Shown: positions 39,690 to 54,310, counted from the first letter of the stretch. The stretch is 64,000 nucleotides of DNA from Octopus vulgaris (GCA_951406725.2 OX597828.1:60574001-60638000), one strand, 5' to 3'. Made by a program: numbers and translations. The notes: generated by a model from the letters alone, not told the origin.

Positions 39690-42050
39690 ATTGGACGATT
39701 GGAATGGGATGCGGGATGCGCGCAGAAATCGTGTGAGAGTCGCCGATAGGAGGTTGAGATTTAACAGCCTCTAAAACTTTCTCAGGCGCTTCCAACTGTT
39801 TGATTGGTTTCGTCTTGATTTCCCTAATGTGACAATGAAGAGTTAGTCAAATCATAGTCAGTTATCCAAGTTGGTTATCTTAAGTCGTACTTTCAGGTCA
39901 AGAGAAAGTTTTCGTATTAGTTGTCCCCAGTTCCAGCTAGGTGGCTACTCGCATCATAAATGCATTACGTTAACAAACTTAGAAAACCGAATAGAAAGAT
40001 TTATATCAAGAAAAATTAATGTCAACTGGGAATTGACGGGATCCTTCATCCACAAGTAGTGGATTTCGTTAAAAAACAGAAATTAAAAAAAAAAATCTGT
40101 TACCTTTACCAAAGAGATAGCTATGCAAAACAACAGATTAAAAGATGAGCTAGTTTGCCGAATAGAAAGGGTGTATAAAAGGGGTGTTGCAAACCATCTG
40201 CAATTGCTAAGAATAGCCACCAGCGTGTCGTTTGCGGAGCTTCTCCGATTTCTTCGCTGCCTTGTTCGATCTAGAGCGCCTGTGCTGAAATGTGAAGGCA
40301 TGAAAGCCGTCCATTAATCCTAGATGGAGGAGGTGCAGCATAGAAACAAAGCTAGAATTCGGTCCATGAAGGACTGTAGCAGGGGTGTGCACTTCGATTG
40401 CAGCACCACTAAAAACCGTTTTCGATGAATAATGGACTTTGTATCTACCTCTATAGTCTACTATAACTATTTATCAAGGAGACTGAGTGCTGCGAAAAGC
40501 CGATTTAAACTGATGATATGGCGGACGTCCTTAGCCGCGGTGTGAGAGTGAAAATCGCCAGAATTGAATGGTCAGCCTTCCGATTTTATTTCCACATGCC
40601 TGGCTTGTTTGCTTCTGTCTTGACAGCCGTCTGCAGCAGCTGATAGCAGAGTGAGTCGGTATGCAGTAATGCTGCGGACAAAAGATCCTAGCAAGGTGAA
40701 CGTGATAGAAAACATCCGACCCATAACTATACTCAATACCGAGTATTTTTGCAAGAGACATGGCGCTGGTCGTCAGAAGTTTAATCGGAGACGCGTAAAC
40801 GTGTGATCTCTGGCAAATTAGTAACAACCTCTATCTCGAGTCAGGAATCGATTTGGCTTTGGTGGGGCACTGATAAATTTGGATTAGTTCAAAGTATTTG
40901 ACTGAAGCACAGCTACTGGCGTTGTTTTAAGATAGTCGAGTTTGGTTTCATCGTTAGAGTCTGGCTTGCTATAATGTACACCGAAATCTGTTCAGTGATC
41001 AAATTAAACTACTACTTCTCGGAACCATGTAGCATCGTCTGATCGATTCGCCAGGGGATCTTCCCTCCCCACATCCTGTATGTTTTGGTTCAAAAGCTTT
41101 AACTGCAGAAGTTAGAGACTTTGAAAGGTATCCCGTTCGAACCGTGTTACAGGAGAGCCGTGTTGGCATATACAGATGACATCACTGTCAAGGTGTCGGC
41201 CATTTCGGATAAAAGGAGCGATCTTCGCTATACTTTAAGAGTACCAAGAATATATAAGAGGACATAGATCGGGATTAGCTGGTGGGCTTTTTTCTAGATT
41301 CTTGGAGAAGCAAGTCTATGTCTACGCGTGGTGATTTCTGTAACTGGATCAATTGATGGGGCTTGAAATCTGGTCCGGACCTGACCTCCAGATGAATAGA
41401 AACTGGTCGTAAAAAGGGTTGTTAATCACACTCAATAATGGGCTGAAGTGGTTAATACATATATCGCCTTGATGTTATATCACAGCCTAACCGTCCTTCT
41501 TTTTCCCAAGAAACTATAGACCAGACTGGAGCACAAACTGTTCTGCTTCTTCTGGATGTTCTACTGATTAGAAACTCCATCTGCGGCCACATCCACTTCG
41601 TAGTCGTGTCAAGATAGCGCCTCTGATGATGTAAAGGCACACACTGAATTACTAACGTACCTGTAGAAATTTCTATAAACATTTCCACGATAATAAGGAC
41701 GATGAAAACGAGGGTGAAGCAGTTTGCGCGTCCTTTGTGCGACACATCTTTTCGCAGCTCATCTCCATGACCGTCCTATATTATGGGTAGACCGAAGTTG
41801 GGGGTCTGGCATCTAGAACATTTCCGGCTCTCACAGCATTCTTCTGGCTGGACAAAGCCATTGAGGGCAAAACAATGCTAAATTTCTATAGAGAGCTAGT
41901 TGAAGGTATAAGCGACAATAACCAAGCTTTGCACAAATTGAAAATGTAAGAGGTGTGGTGCTTAGCGAGAGGAGGATAACACGGGAAGACAGCAAAATAG
42001 GAGTCCGAGCAATGGCTGCAACTACTTGTACTTTACAAAGATTTATCGTG
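39690..42050 (+). mobile_element. Highly decayed L1/Tx1-like LINE ORF2
   Basis: IRPITILNTE near 40713, SIRQG near 41043 and AYTDDITV near 41166; many stops. Confidence 0.65.
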
Positions 42051-42447
42051 CTTTCTCTTCCTAACGGGGAAAGAATGATAAAAACGAAAGATAATACTAT
42101 TGTATTCACACTGAAAGCAATTGGTCTTCGTTTCAATTTTTGTAAAATTGTTAGAAGGGACCTACTATCTGATTTCTATTTAAATACCTCCATTTCTTGG
42201 TGGACTTGACGATATTAACCTTGCTTCGATTAGAAAATTATTTTTTTCCTCTTAAGTATTTGTTGATAGAGTAATTTGCAGAGGAAAAATGCATCAGAGA
42301 GAAAGAGGGTGAGTTTGAAGAGAGCAGCAGTAATGTTATAGAGAGAGATGAAAGTGCGAAACCTGAGAGTCTTGTTGCTGGAACAACTATTAGATCACAT
42401 GTTGATAGTATTGTCTGTTTTGTGAGTAATATCAACACCACCGCCAT

Positions 42448-42588
<141 letters not shown>

Positions 42589-43079
42589 GTGGGCAACATC
42601 ACAACAATAATAATAGCAGCAGAAGCAACAGCAAATACAACATTAAGGACGAAAGCAAAACAGCAATAACAAGACCGAAAAGAATAACAACAATAGCATC
42701 AAGAATGAAATCAACAGCAACAACTAGAGCAGTAAGAACAACAAAACCGTCTCCAAAACAGTAACAACAGAATCGGCAGCAATAAACTATGTCTTTTTCG
42801 AAGTTAGCTTTTAACTTGAAGATTTGAAAAGCAAAACTTTTCAGGTTCAACCAAATATTGTTAAAGCAGGAGTTATGTTTCACAGCGTGGAATATAGGAC
42901 AAACTCCGAAAACAAACAATTGTTCATAAATGCATCTGTCAAATAGATAGAAAACTTAACAGAAAAATGCCTAAATGTGTGGTCATCAGTATTACATATA
43001 TAATGTTAGACAAAACGGGACGGTAGCTTTCATGCGTATTAGGGAGCAGGAAGTTCGAAGAATGGCTACAATAATAGAA

Positions 43080-43985
43080 CTTTAGGAGTAAAGTTTTAGC
43101 ATGACTTCTCTGTATATGGATAGATTAACTCGAACTCGAGGTATAAACGTGTCGGCTCAGAGAGATCCAGGAAGAGTCTTAGCAACTCTGGAGGAACATA
43201 GAGAGATTGTAGAAGGGATGCGTTCCTCTGGTCAGACGTTCCATCTGCTGCTAGCGCCTTAAATCTGGAAGGATTGGCATGCTGTAAATGCTGATGTGCA
43301 GGCACACATTCCGATTACTCACCTATAGATATTCCTGGATGATGAGCCGGTGTGGGTACCGTTCGTGAGGCACATCTTTTTGCTGCTCGTCTAATTGACA
43401 GAGCTGTAGCCCTGTGCTAAGCAATGACCAAAACTGGACACCTGGCACCGAGAGTGCTGTCAATAAGGCAATGGGATCGGTGGAAATTCTACGGTAGCAA
43501 TTTACAGAGTGTGAGGTGAAGTGAAGAGCGATGACGTTCTCGGAGAAATACTGAGTGTTAATGAGAACGAAGTTGTCAGTCTGTTTCAGAGAACTTTCGT
43601 GCCGGAGACTCCAATAGATAGCTTCCAGAACTCCCTAGCTTGGCAGTGTTACAGAGGGGTGATATTTGCTCGAGATAAACTCTACAGGCATGCTGTCCGA
43701 CGAGCTGGTCTGAAATGCGCACTGAGCGATGAAACTGTCCTGCACGTTCAGTGTCCAGGCATTGCTAACTTGTAGAGTTATGTCGCACAGCTTGTTGGAC
43801 AAGTCCAGCCATCAGTCGAGTCTAGAGAAATGATTGCCACCTTCTATTAGCCGGGCATGGAAGGTAGTTTTCCTTTGTTTGATGGTTATAGGGAAAGAGC
43901 TTGTGTAATGGATGAAGCTGAAAGATATGGGGACAGATACCGTCCTGTTTGATACAGCCCTAGTCAACTATTCAAAATTTCACTT
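43080..43985 (+). mobile_element. L1/Tx1-like LINE 3' fragment (zf-RVT region)
   Basis: SLAWQCYRGVIFARDKLY...CALSDETVLHVQCP; homologous pieces at ~44960-45200 and 63340-63900. Confidence 0.7.
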
Positions 43986-45244
43986 CCTCCTCCCACCATC
44001 CCCCTCCTCTCCTCTTCCTCCCTCCTTCCTCCTCCTTTCCCCTTCATCCCCTCCTCCTCCTACCATCCTCTTCCTCCTCCTCCACTTCCACCCCCTCCCC
44101 ATCCACCCCTCTACCTCCTCCCCTCCCCTCCTCCCATCATCAACCTCTCCCCTCATTCCCTCCTCTCCTTCCCCCCTCCTCATCCTCTTCCTCCTTTCCC
44201 CTCCACTTCTTTCACATCCTTCTCCTCTACCTTCTTTTTCCAGCTCTTTATATTTCAACAGTTCTCCGTTTCTTTTAGCGATACATTGTCATCTTTTGAG
44301 ACTGACACGGCAATGAGGGGCCACCTTTTTCATGGTTGTTTTTGATAGCTATACTTGGCTGATTATCCCTGATCTTCCTATCTTTGTTCATGTCTAAGCC
44401 ATCTTTTTTTTTCTGTTGGCATTCCATAGTTCTGGCCCAACTTCCCGTTAATGTAAGTCCCAACTCTGTAATACTTTTCTGGCTGAGGCCGGACAGTTAG
44501 AAACAATATAACTTATTGTTTCTTCTCCATTACTATATATCCTGTAGTTATTGTATTCTGCTTCATTGTGTGCTTTTTGTGGGTTTTGCTCTGGGTCCCG
44601 TAACTTTCAACCAGTGTTGGCATTTTACTTTGTCTATTTCTTTTCTGTTCAGCTTATTCTCGCATTTGCCATGCAAAGACTTTCCTTGCCATCATTGTAT
44701 CGTGATGTTCTGTAGTTCCAGTTTCAACTTAGTCTGAGGTTGGAGGTATATTATTCCCTATGTAATCCATTTGAATCTGGGTCTTTCAGGATGTTATAGA
44801 ACAATATTAGGTCTTTACGGGTGATAACTAGATTCTTAATCCGAAAGTTGTCAATTGCATTGCACTCAACTGCTTTTCTGCCGTTGTTTTATTGATGGCA
44901 TATGTACTTTCTTCTAGTGCTATATCAGTCTAGGCTTGGGCTTCAACTTCCATATTAGCTCTTGATCTTCTTGGATCAATTTTGTCGACGAAAGTCAAAT
45001 GGCTGGTCTGTCGCAGAAGTATTTTCGGATCGGGCCCATAGATATTTTCCAGAAATCCCTAACTTGGCAGGGCTACCACAGACATTGCTGGTGCGAGACA
45101 AGCTCTACAAACACGGAAAGGCTGCCAAGCAAACTTGCCCGAGATGTATGCAAAGCGACGAAACTATTCGCTATGCACTCATCGAATGTCCGAGAGAACA
45201 GTTATTTTCTATTTGTATTGCTTTTGTTCACTTGTATAATGCCT

Positions 45245-46560
45245 AACACCATTTAATTTTGCCTTGATTCGTTGTTTCACTTCTTCCACCACTACATTCA
45301 AACCTTTCAGCTTATTTCATGTCCACTCGTCGCTTCTCTCCTACTTCAGTCTTTTTCCATTTTCCTCTATGCCATGCATCCATTTTATTTAGATCTTTCC
45401 TGAGCTGAGTTATATCACCTTCCAGTCTTCTCTTCCACCAGGGTTCCTTACATTCTTCTTTTCTGTTTGCTTGATACTTAATCGCTTACCAACTCTGCAG
45501 TGCTAATTAACTTTCTCAAATCGGTGATAACGTTGCTTTCACTATATTTCCTTTCATGCTTTACTTTTGCTGTTTCACTTGCTATACAACATCTCTCCAT
45601 ATTCCAAAGATTTAGCTGGGTCTTATTGAATCTAGGATCACGAAACAAATCTCTCAATCTTTAGAAATCAATCTTATTTCCTCCTCTTCTTCATTTTCAT
45701 TCGACTTTTCAATGTCCGCCTCATCAATCACTTGATTTTCCACTTCCTCCACATTCAGACTTTCATCGTTTTCTGCATTATCAGTATCTTGGTAGGCTAA
45801 ATTATCCCCAGTTCCTTAGTTTTCATTGTGAAACTCTATTCTTCACTTTTGACATCTGTCTCTTCTAAGTTACCTTCAATATTAGCATTCATGCTTTGTG
45901 ATTCCAGGGCCTCTCATTCAACTGCGGTCGACTAATTACAGCGTCTAATTTTAATTATCTTCCTATCAAATTGCTCACGTTGACCTTCCAAACGTTTTCC
46001 AAAGTCGAAACGCCCGTTTGCCCACACCACGTGCATCACCATTTTTTGCAAGAATGTGATAATTGTAATTTTATTATCTTCTTGGTTACATTTCCTTCAA
46101 CCTTCGATCTCATAGTGTAAATTTATTCCCCTGCGGTTTTAAACCCGTGGTTTAAGTTCGCATTGTGAGAACTGCGGACGCCTGTACCCTCTGAGGTAAG
46201 CTGTTAACAGCCTCACTCCCGTCATACCAGCCCTGACCGACGGCGTCGCGTCTAGTTGCTTCCAAATGAAGCAACTAGTTGCTTGAAAATGATGCGGCAA
46301 GAAATATAGTCTCGAATTGCTAAATGACGAGATTATATTTCTTGCCGCATCATTTTCATGAGATTTGCGTTTATGAGGTTGCGCAACTACCAGTGCTTTT
46401 ATTGTGTGCACCTCTACTATGAAAGTCTCACCGACTAAAACTAAATGGCCCTTCACTGTCATTTGGTTCGACTAACTCACCGGACGTCAGACCGGTAATC
46501 TTCAGTCACGAGAGTGTTTTGTTGAGATACTAACTCTAGGACGATTATCTGCTTAGATTA
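45245..46560 (-). mobile_element. 5' part of an R4/Dong-like LINE (decayed)
   Basis: Minus-strand translation includes PWWKRRLEGDITQLRKDL and IKQYNQNRI-like segments, similar to the N-terminal region of the copy at 60150-62800. Confidence 0.55.
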
Positions 46561-46717
46561 ACGAGCTTATCCTGCCCGTGTGGCACGGCTAAACCGCCGA
46601 GGTTGACGTTGCCTTTCATCCTTTCGTGGTCAATGGAATAGACTTTTTCTCTCCCCTGAACTTGCAGACTTTGTGCCAAAATTTGACGCTGGAGCTACAA
46701 ATATATAAAGCCCAATA

Positions 46718-47602
46718 CGAGGGATACCCCCAAAGAAACCGGAATTTTGCAATATTATTTTATTCACTTGGTTTTACATATTTACACTTTTACCGCCTGT
46801 ATTCTGCATTTGAAGCAATGCATCGGTTCAGGCGCGTATTCCACTTTTCGAAGCAGTCTTGGAACTTCTGCGAAGTGATGCCTTTTAATGCCTCCGTTGT
46901 ATTTTTTCTCCCCCTTTTCCACATCTGCAAATTCCGTAGAACCAACTTTCGTCACAGGGAAAAGGTCCGGATCAACTTCCAACTGTTCTCTCAGTTCACG
47001 ACACTCATTCAGTCGTGATTGCTTTTGATCTTCCGTGAGCAAGCGAGGCACAAATTTTGGTGCAACTCTTTTCATTCGCAATTCCTCGCTCAAAATTCAT
47101 TGGCAGGAGCTCTAGGACACACCAGTAATATCAACAAGTTCGTCAATTGTTCGGTGACGGTCCTCCAAGATCAGTTCGTAAGTTTTCACGATATTTTCAT
47201 TCGTTTGGAAGGTCGACGGTCGTCCGAACGAGGTTGGTCTTCTAGCGACAAGTGACCATTCCTAATGTGTGGAAACCACTCGTAAACTTGTTTGCTCATG
47301 GCAATGTCCTTGTAAGCTGTTTGAAGCATGACAATTGTTTTAGCCTCAGTTTTCCCCAGCAGAAAACAGAATTTCACGGAAATGCGCTGTTCCTTCGTTT
47401 CAGCCATCGGAAAAATCGACGAACAGGGGAGAGGCACTTCAGAACAAAGACGCACCACGTGACAGTACGACTTCAACCGACGATATCAGTCAGTACACTG
47501 ATGTCTGAGGGTTGCATCAAGTGGCTTCTAGCGGCGGAAGCCTGAACTACATCGGGTTTGTCCCTCAGAGAACGTTTTCGATTACTTTTGGGTGCCCCCT
47601 CG
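46718..47602 (-). mobile_element. Internally deleted mariner transposon
   Basis: TA-flanked imperfect TIRs CGAGGGATACCCCCAAAG / TTTTGGGTGCCCCCTCG; EQRISVKFCFLLGK and KFVPRLLT motifs. Confidence 0.85.
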
Positions 47603-47863
47603 TATACCCATCATGACTACTCGTCTAATAGGGGTACACCAGGTACATCCATCAAAACCACATGTGCGCATCATAGTGACCTCATATTAAGATAAACACC
47701 TAGCAGGGGCAACCAACTTAGAATTTTCTTCAACAGGTCCCTGAATAAGGGTTAAAGATGATGAAAACAACACCCATGTTACCAGGGATGAATTATTCAA
47801 ACCCAAAAGAATACCTCTCAAGACTATGATGCTCCCCCACTACTTCTGCTCGTGTTGTTGTTG

Positions 47864-47922
<59 letters not shown>

Positions 47923-48189
47923 TGGGATTCTATTTATTTATTATTTCTTTCCCTAATTTCTATTATATATCCTCTGTTTTATCCCTTAATGTGGTAGTAT
48001 CTCCCTTTGATTGATGTAAACCCCACCTGTTTTTGTTTTGGTACTTTTTAGTTTTTGCTTTGTTTTGTGAGCTGTGTCTCGTCCTTCGATATTGTCCTCC
48101 ATGTCTTGGATCCATGTGGCCAATAAAAGAAATTATTCTCCTCCTCCTCCTCCTCCTCATTATTATTATTATCGTCATCATCATCATCA

Positions 48190-49370
48190 TTATATGTTTG
48201 ACTTTTGCTTTGTATTTGAACAAGTTGGCTCCAATTCTCACCCAGAGACCTCAAGAGACAACTAGGCTGTCATATATTTGGTTTCGCTTGTAGTATTGTT
48301 CTAGAAAATATTTAAGAAAATATAAGAAAATTATGAGTTTGTTTTAAAATTTGAGATTACATAGACAGTATTTTACGTAGGATATGGGCAGTTCCCATGA
48401 GCACTTTGAATTTCTGCCACTTTGGGGTTTCCTGGTATCTGAGCTAGGTAGCAAACAGCCCCTTTTACTATCATTCCTAGTGCACCTATGACAGCAAGTA
48501 TTATTTTAGTCTTGAGGTTCCACATTTTGCCAATTTCTATTTCAAGATCTTTATACTTGCTCAGTTTTTTTTTAGGTCTCGACAGATACATTTATGCCGA
48601 TTGGGATAGTCATATCAATGAGAAGGCATAATTTTTGTCTGAAGTCTTTCAATATAGTGTCTAGCCTATTCGCATCTATCATCCTGTCAGTTTGAATGGT
48701 GAAGTCCCAGAGGAGTGAGATGTGATCATTTTTAAGCACTGGAGTGGTTTGTGTTCCCACCAGTTTTTATCATGGGGCAAGTCCAGGCTTTTGCAAATTA
48801 CCCAGTGAATATATTGTGCAGCTCTATCATGCCTGTTGAGGTACTCTGTAGGCGCTAGAGGACTGCACTTGGAGACAACATGATCAATGGTCGCATTTTG
48901 TTGTTGACATACACGACATGTTGGACTACTGCCGTTCTTTAATATTTTGGCCTGGTAGTTCCTTTTAGGTAGGCATTGATCTTGGGCTGCTATGATAAAC
49001 CCTTCCGTCTCTGATTTTAGGCCAGAAGACACTAACCATTGATAGGTAAGGGTTTTGTCAACATCGGCATTAGTAGCTCTCTTTGGGTATTTGCCATTGA
49101 GAGGTTTTTCTTGCCATTTATCATTCAGAATATCTAAGGCAGCAGTTTTAGCACGGGTTTTCATGCGCTGAGCTTTTTCTGTGCTTGCTTCTAGTTCGTC
49201 TAATTCAGGAATTTGTTGAATTTGGAATTCACTTAGATATTCCTTTGTCTGTTTTGTTACTGAGTATGATGCTTTCTTGTTTTCATGCTCTGAGACAAGT
49301 TTTAATATCCAGTCATCAGAGTCAGGTAGGTGTTTAGGCCAATTGTGGCAATCTTCATTTTAAATTCCAG

Positions 49371-49371
<1 letters not shown>
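48190..49371 (-). mobile_element. R4/Dong-like LINE 3' part (CCHC plus restriction-like endonuclease)
   Basis: SETEGFIIAAQDQ, CRVCQQQNATIDHVVSKC, RHD, LWDF...ANRLD and KLSKYKDL. Confidence 0.85.
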
Positions 49372-49437
<66 letters not shown>

Positions 49438-49456
49438 CATTATTATTATTATTATT

Positions 49457-49503
<47 letters not shown>

Positions 49504-49527
49504 TATTATTATTATTATTATTATTAT

Positions 49528-50065
49528 TCTATATTTGACTTTTGCTTTACATTTGTACAAGTTGGCTACAAGTCTCACCCAGAGACCTCAAGAGACAACA
49601 AGTTGGAAGTTCATGTTGGTGTTATGACTAGGGTGCCATATATTTGGTTTTGTACTTAGTGTTGTACTAGTGAATGCTTAAAAAACCATACGAAAATTGT
49701 TTGTTTTAAAACTTGAGATTACATAGAAAGTATTTTGCGTAGGATATGGGCAGTTCCCATGAGCACTATCTTTTGAATTTCTGCCATTTTTGGTTTTCCT
49801 GGTATCTGAGTTAGGTAGCAATCAGCCCCTTTAGCTATCATTCTCAGGGCACCTGTGACAACAGGTATTGTTTTAGTCTTTGCCAATTTGCCAATTTCTA
49901 TTTCAAGATCTTTATACTTGCTCAGTTTTTGGTAGGTCTTGATAGATACGTTTATATCGATTGGGACAGTCATATCAATGAGGAGGCATGTTTTTTATCT
50001 GAAGTCTTTTACTATGGTGTCTGGCCTATTCGCGTCTATCTTTCTGTCAGTTTGAATGGTGAGGT
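49528..50065 (-). mobile_element. R4/Dong-like LINE 3' end (same family as 48190-49371)
   Basis: ANRPD, KLSKYKDLEIEI and a shared 3' UTR; abuts (TAA)n. Confidence 0.85.
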
Positions 50066-50189
50066 TTGCGGTTGTCGTTGCTAGCCTGGTTGGAGAAGCG
50101 CAAATGTGCGCAATTCCAAGCAGGTCTATCCATGACACCCTCCACCTTATGCGATACATCATAGAGCGGGCTGGGACCATCGCTAGCTT

Positions 50190-53100
50190 CGGGTTGCTCT
50201 GTGTCAGGGTGGGAGAGCTGTTTATACCAGTTCTTAGACGTTTCTTTCTTGCATATTTCTAATGTATGTGTTGTTCGATTTGGTCGTGTCTGTTTTTACA
50301 CTCATTGGCAGCCATTAAAGAACATCCAGAGACAAGGTAGTCGATCGTTTCTATCTGAGAACTACATAAGCTGCAATTTGTATATTTGCCTGATTATTGC
50401 GGGTTGATAAGGATTGGTCTTGAGCTACGACGATAAACTCCTCAGTTCCTGCTTTCAACCTAGCACTTCACAACCATTGATAGGTGAGAAACATCAATTT
50501 CATTGGTGGCTGCTAGTATTTGCCGTGTAAGAGTTTTATTTTCTCAGTGTTTTGATTGTTTCAAGACGTTCTATTTTACTTTTCTCTTGATTATTTTTGC
50601 AGGTTGAGTTGATGAGGTTATTCCGGTCTTCTTCATATATTCTTAACTGAGTTCGTTTGTAAGTTGTTTTAGCCTTTGTGACAGTGTACCTAGACATTTT
50701 ACTTTCATGATTTTTAATCAAAGTCACCATCCAGTCTGCTGTAGCATTAAGGTATGCTCCAAGACCGATGGTAGTTGTTTTAAAGAATGAGACTCTTGCT
50801 ACGTTCAAGCCTCAGGTGACATAGACGTTCAATATCAGCTTTAGGATGTTAAGAGTTTTCTGGTTTTCACATTCATCATTTTGATACTTTGGAGAGTCAA
50901 ATTAATTATTTTGGTGCTGTATTGAAAAACTGATACTGCTAAAGATAAGCATTATTCTCCAGTAGTAGTTGTTTTAATATCTTTTCTTTCATTTGGGAGT
51001 GTTGTATTCTACCTCCTTCGTTGACACCAAGCTTCTTTATGGTGATTGACATATCAAGGTCAGTGGAAGATATGAGGGTAAGTGTATCTTTCACAAGTGT
51101 TACATTTACCTATGTTGTTACTAAAGCTCCTTACAGTTTTGAGAAAACCATCTTGCTCGTTGCCATTCTTAACATAATTTTTCGGATATCTATATAGAAA
51201 AGCTAATTAATTGTCATGTTTTGTATTTTATATCCTAATTTGGTATTATTGAGCTCAGTAGATAAAGGGACAGAAGAAGAGATGAACTTCTGGGTAATCC
51301 AAGAGTGATATTGATATCCTTTCGATATTGCTTAGTTTTCGTTTACCATCACGAACAGATTTCAAGTATTATTTTGCTGATGAGAAGTTTATCTTTGCAA
51401 CCGTTTGAGTCACTTTTACAGTGCATTTGTTCATGGGAAAAGATATTGTTTTTAGAAATGTATACACTCTTTTATGATGGACGTAAGAAATTAAGCAATA
51501 TATATGAAGTGGATAGACAAGTGATAGTTCTTTAGGATGTGGGTCTTGTCTGGAAGAAGAAAAGTTATATTTTCCGTTCGCCAAGAGGGTGTTTTGGAAG
51601 GGTTCTTCATTAAATAAAGGAAAAATAAAACTTTAGCTAATGGTTTATGCGATGTTGAGAGATTAGACAGCCAGAAGTTTGTAATCATACTTATTCCTGG
51701 TGACTTCCAGTTTTGGAGTTTTTCAACAGCTACGAGGGGCGTTCAATAAGTAATGCCCCTGACCCACTTGCAGTTGTTTGATCTAGCTGAAATTTTGCAT
51801 GTGCACTTATTTATACCTCTATAGATTAAGTGGCGAATTACAGCTCTGAACTAATTGTGGTGTCTGATTTACAGGTGTTTGAACTGAGTCAAGTGTGAAA
51901 TGGAGCCAGTTGAGTGTCGAGCAGTGATCTGGTTTTTGTATTTGAAAGGACGCACACCACGGGAGTCTTTTGATGAAATGAAAGTAACTTATGGTGATGA
52001 TGCCCCATCATATGACCTTGTAAAACGCTGGCATTGTGAATTCAAACATAGTCGGAACTCTGTGGAAACAGCTCCCAGATCTGGTCGCCCCCTTTCTGCC
52101 GTTGATGAGACGTCTGTCCGTCAAGTTGAGGCTGCCATTTTGGAAGGTCAGCGCATAACTATTCGCCAAATAGCCCATAAGGTCAAGATTAGTACCGGGT
52201 CTGTGGAAACTATCATTCATGACCATTTGCATATGCAAAAGGTGTCTGCCAGATGGATTTCCAGGTTGCTCACACCTTTCCAGAAGCAAGAACGCGTTGA
52301 GTGCTCGAGGATGAATTTGGAGATGTGCCAAGAAGATGAGTCAACATTTTTCAAAAGACTGATCACACAGGATAAAACCTGGGTCCATCACTATGATCCA
52401 TAGACCAAAGCCCAGTCAATGCAGTGAAAGCACCGTGACTCACCTCCTCCAAAGAAGGCAAGGGTGCATCCCTCCGCTGACAAGGTTATGCTCACAGTCT
52501 TCTGGGACCAGGACGGAGTAGTGATGACAGATTTCCTGGCAAAGGGTACCACAATTACAGGAGCCTATTATGCTTCACTTTTGAGGAAATTAAGAGAAGC
52601 TATCAAAATCAAGAGGCGGAGCAAGATCAGCAAAGGCATCCTCCTCCTGCAGGATAACGCTCCGGTCCATAACTCGCGTGTCGCCAGATCAGAAGCACAG
52701 GCGTGCAGCTATGAACTCCTCCCCTTGCACCCTCTGATTTTCACCTCTTCCCAGCCATGAAGTTGATTTTGAAAGGTAAGCGTTTCCCAGATGATGCAAC
52801 CGTGATTTCTGAAGTCACGTCGTGGTTGGAGGACCAAGCTGGGGTCTTCTACAAAAACGGTCTCCAGAGCTGTATCAAACGATGGGAGAAATGCATAACT
52901 CTAGGTAGTTCCTATGTAGGAAAAGACTAATAACTGTGCCAAGTGTCGTTGCTCTACTGCTATGGGAAGTGGGTCAGGGGCATTACTTATTGAACGCCCC
53001 TCGTATTCCTGTATTTTCTATACAGATGTCCTTCCATATCTGTTGCAGAATATTTCCCATTCTTTTGCTTTCTCTTTCTATCTATTCTGCTGTCTTATTA

Positions 53101-53950
53101 TGCTCTTCTGATCCCCTCCATATTTCTCCCTAAAATTTGTGAACTTCATGAATCGAAGGAGGGCTTCTAACCTTTATTTTTGTTTTCTCTATTTCCCTAT
53201 AAAACATCTTTGCATCAGCCTGGAACATTTACTACGTTTTTGGAATCTACACACCCTTTGTGTTTTTAGCTGCATTTTTGACTTGGCTGTTTCATCAGCA
53301 CTAAATATCTGATCATCATATATTTGTTTCATTTTTCTGTCTTTCTTGCGTTAATATTAACATCTCTTGTTTGTTTCATTCAAGATAGAGAATTCTCTTA
53401 GAGCACCGATTTCTTTTTGAACCGTAAATGTCCACGCTGTTACCTTGTTTGCTTTTCTTCATCTTGGTTCCTAATCCTTTATGTGCTATAGTTGCTGTAA
53501 CATAGCCAGCTTGATTTATATTTGTTATAACGCTATCGATTTCGTTTAGCAATAACTTCAAGGCATCATGTATATTTTGATAAATCTTTTATTAATGTGC
53601 GAGCTTTGAATTTTCGAGAAGTTCTCTCTGTGTTGCATGTCTGATGATTTGACGTTGAAGTGGATAGACAAGTGATAGTTCTTATAAATAATTGCTTCCT
53701 TTGCATTATATATTTCTACACTGTTTCTTAATATGGATTCGTCTCTATATCATTCGGGTTTAGAGTTCCCAACGCATTCATTGTCGTGTTGTTATCATCG
53801 GTGTTTTCTCGTTGACGACCCTCTAAGGTGGGCTTGGAATGAATTTTCTGTACCAGCTGACAAAGATTCAACCTCTGGACTTCTAGTTGCAGGTGGGGCC
53901 TAGTTAGACGTTTCTTCAGGTGAGTAGCCCACCCCACTCAAAAGGACCTT
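50190..53950 (-). mobile_element. Decayed R4/Dong-like LINE interrupted by a mariner at 51733-53003
   Basis: NWKSPG and ITNFWL pre-RT motifs, FKTTTIGL thumb region and LHSETEE. Confidence 0.65.
51733..53003 (+). mobile_element. Near full-length mariner (DD34D), 1271 bp, transposase pseudogene ~51900-52931
   Basis: Perfect 37-bp TIRs CGAGGGGCGTTCAATAAGTAATGCCCCTGACCCACTT with TA TSD; ITQDKTWVHHYDP, VFWD and LLQDNAPVH; stops near 52401 and 52425; deletion in the YSPDL motif. Confidence 0.95.
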
Positions 53951-54310
53951 GAATAAGGTTTGTTTTAAGGATGATGTTTCCAGAGGTGAGGTGAATTATT
54001 CAAATCCCAAAGAATTCTTCTCAACACATGGCTATGATGCTCGCTCACTACCTCTGCTCGTGATCAGAGATGCAATATCATGATAATATTTCCAATCAGT
54101 TAAGATCAAAAACCACGAGAGCCACTGCTTGATACTGCATCAGAGCATTTATTATTTCCCGATTGTATTTTTTTCTCATACCTACATCAGCTTCCCCATC
54201 TCATCTGGGGTATTTCCCATGCAATGGTTTTTCTTTCCAGAGACTTGATATTTTCTTCAAACTTTCTTTGTTTTACATTTTTTTGCCGACTTAATGGGTA
54301 GCGTGTCATC

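Noticed and set aside
43980-44250. Pro/Ser-rich and Gly/Arg-rich ORFs
   Set aside because: Degenerate (CCT)n polypyrimidine tract.
46454-46510. Minus-strand CTGAAGA-TTACCGG...CCGGTGA hairpin as a hammerhead at a LINE 5' end
   Set aside because: GAAA is replaced by GAAC and displaced by an insert; no valid NUH site or stem I.
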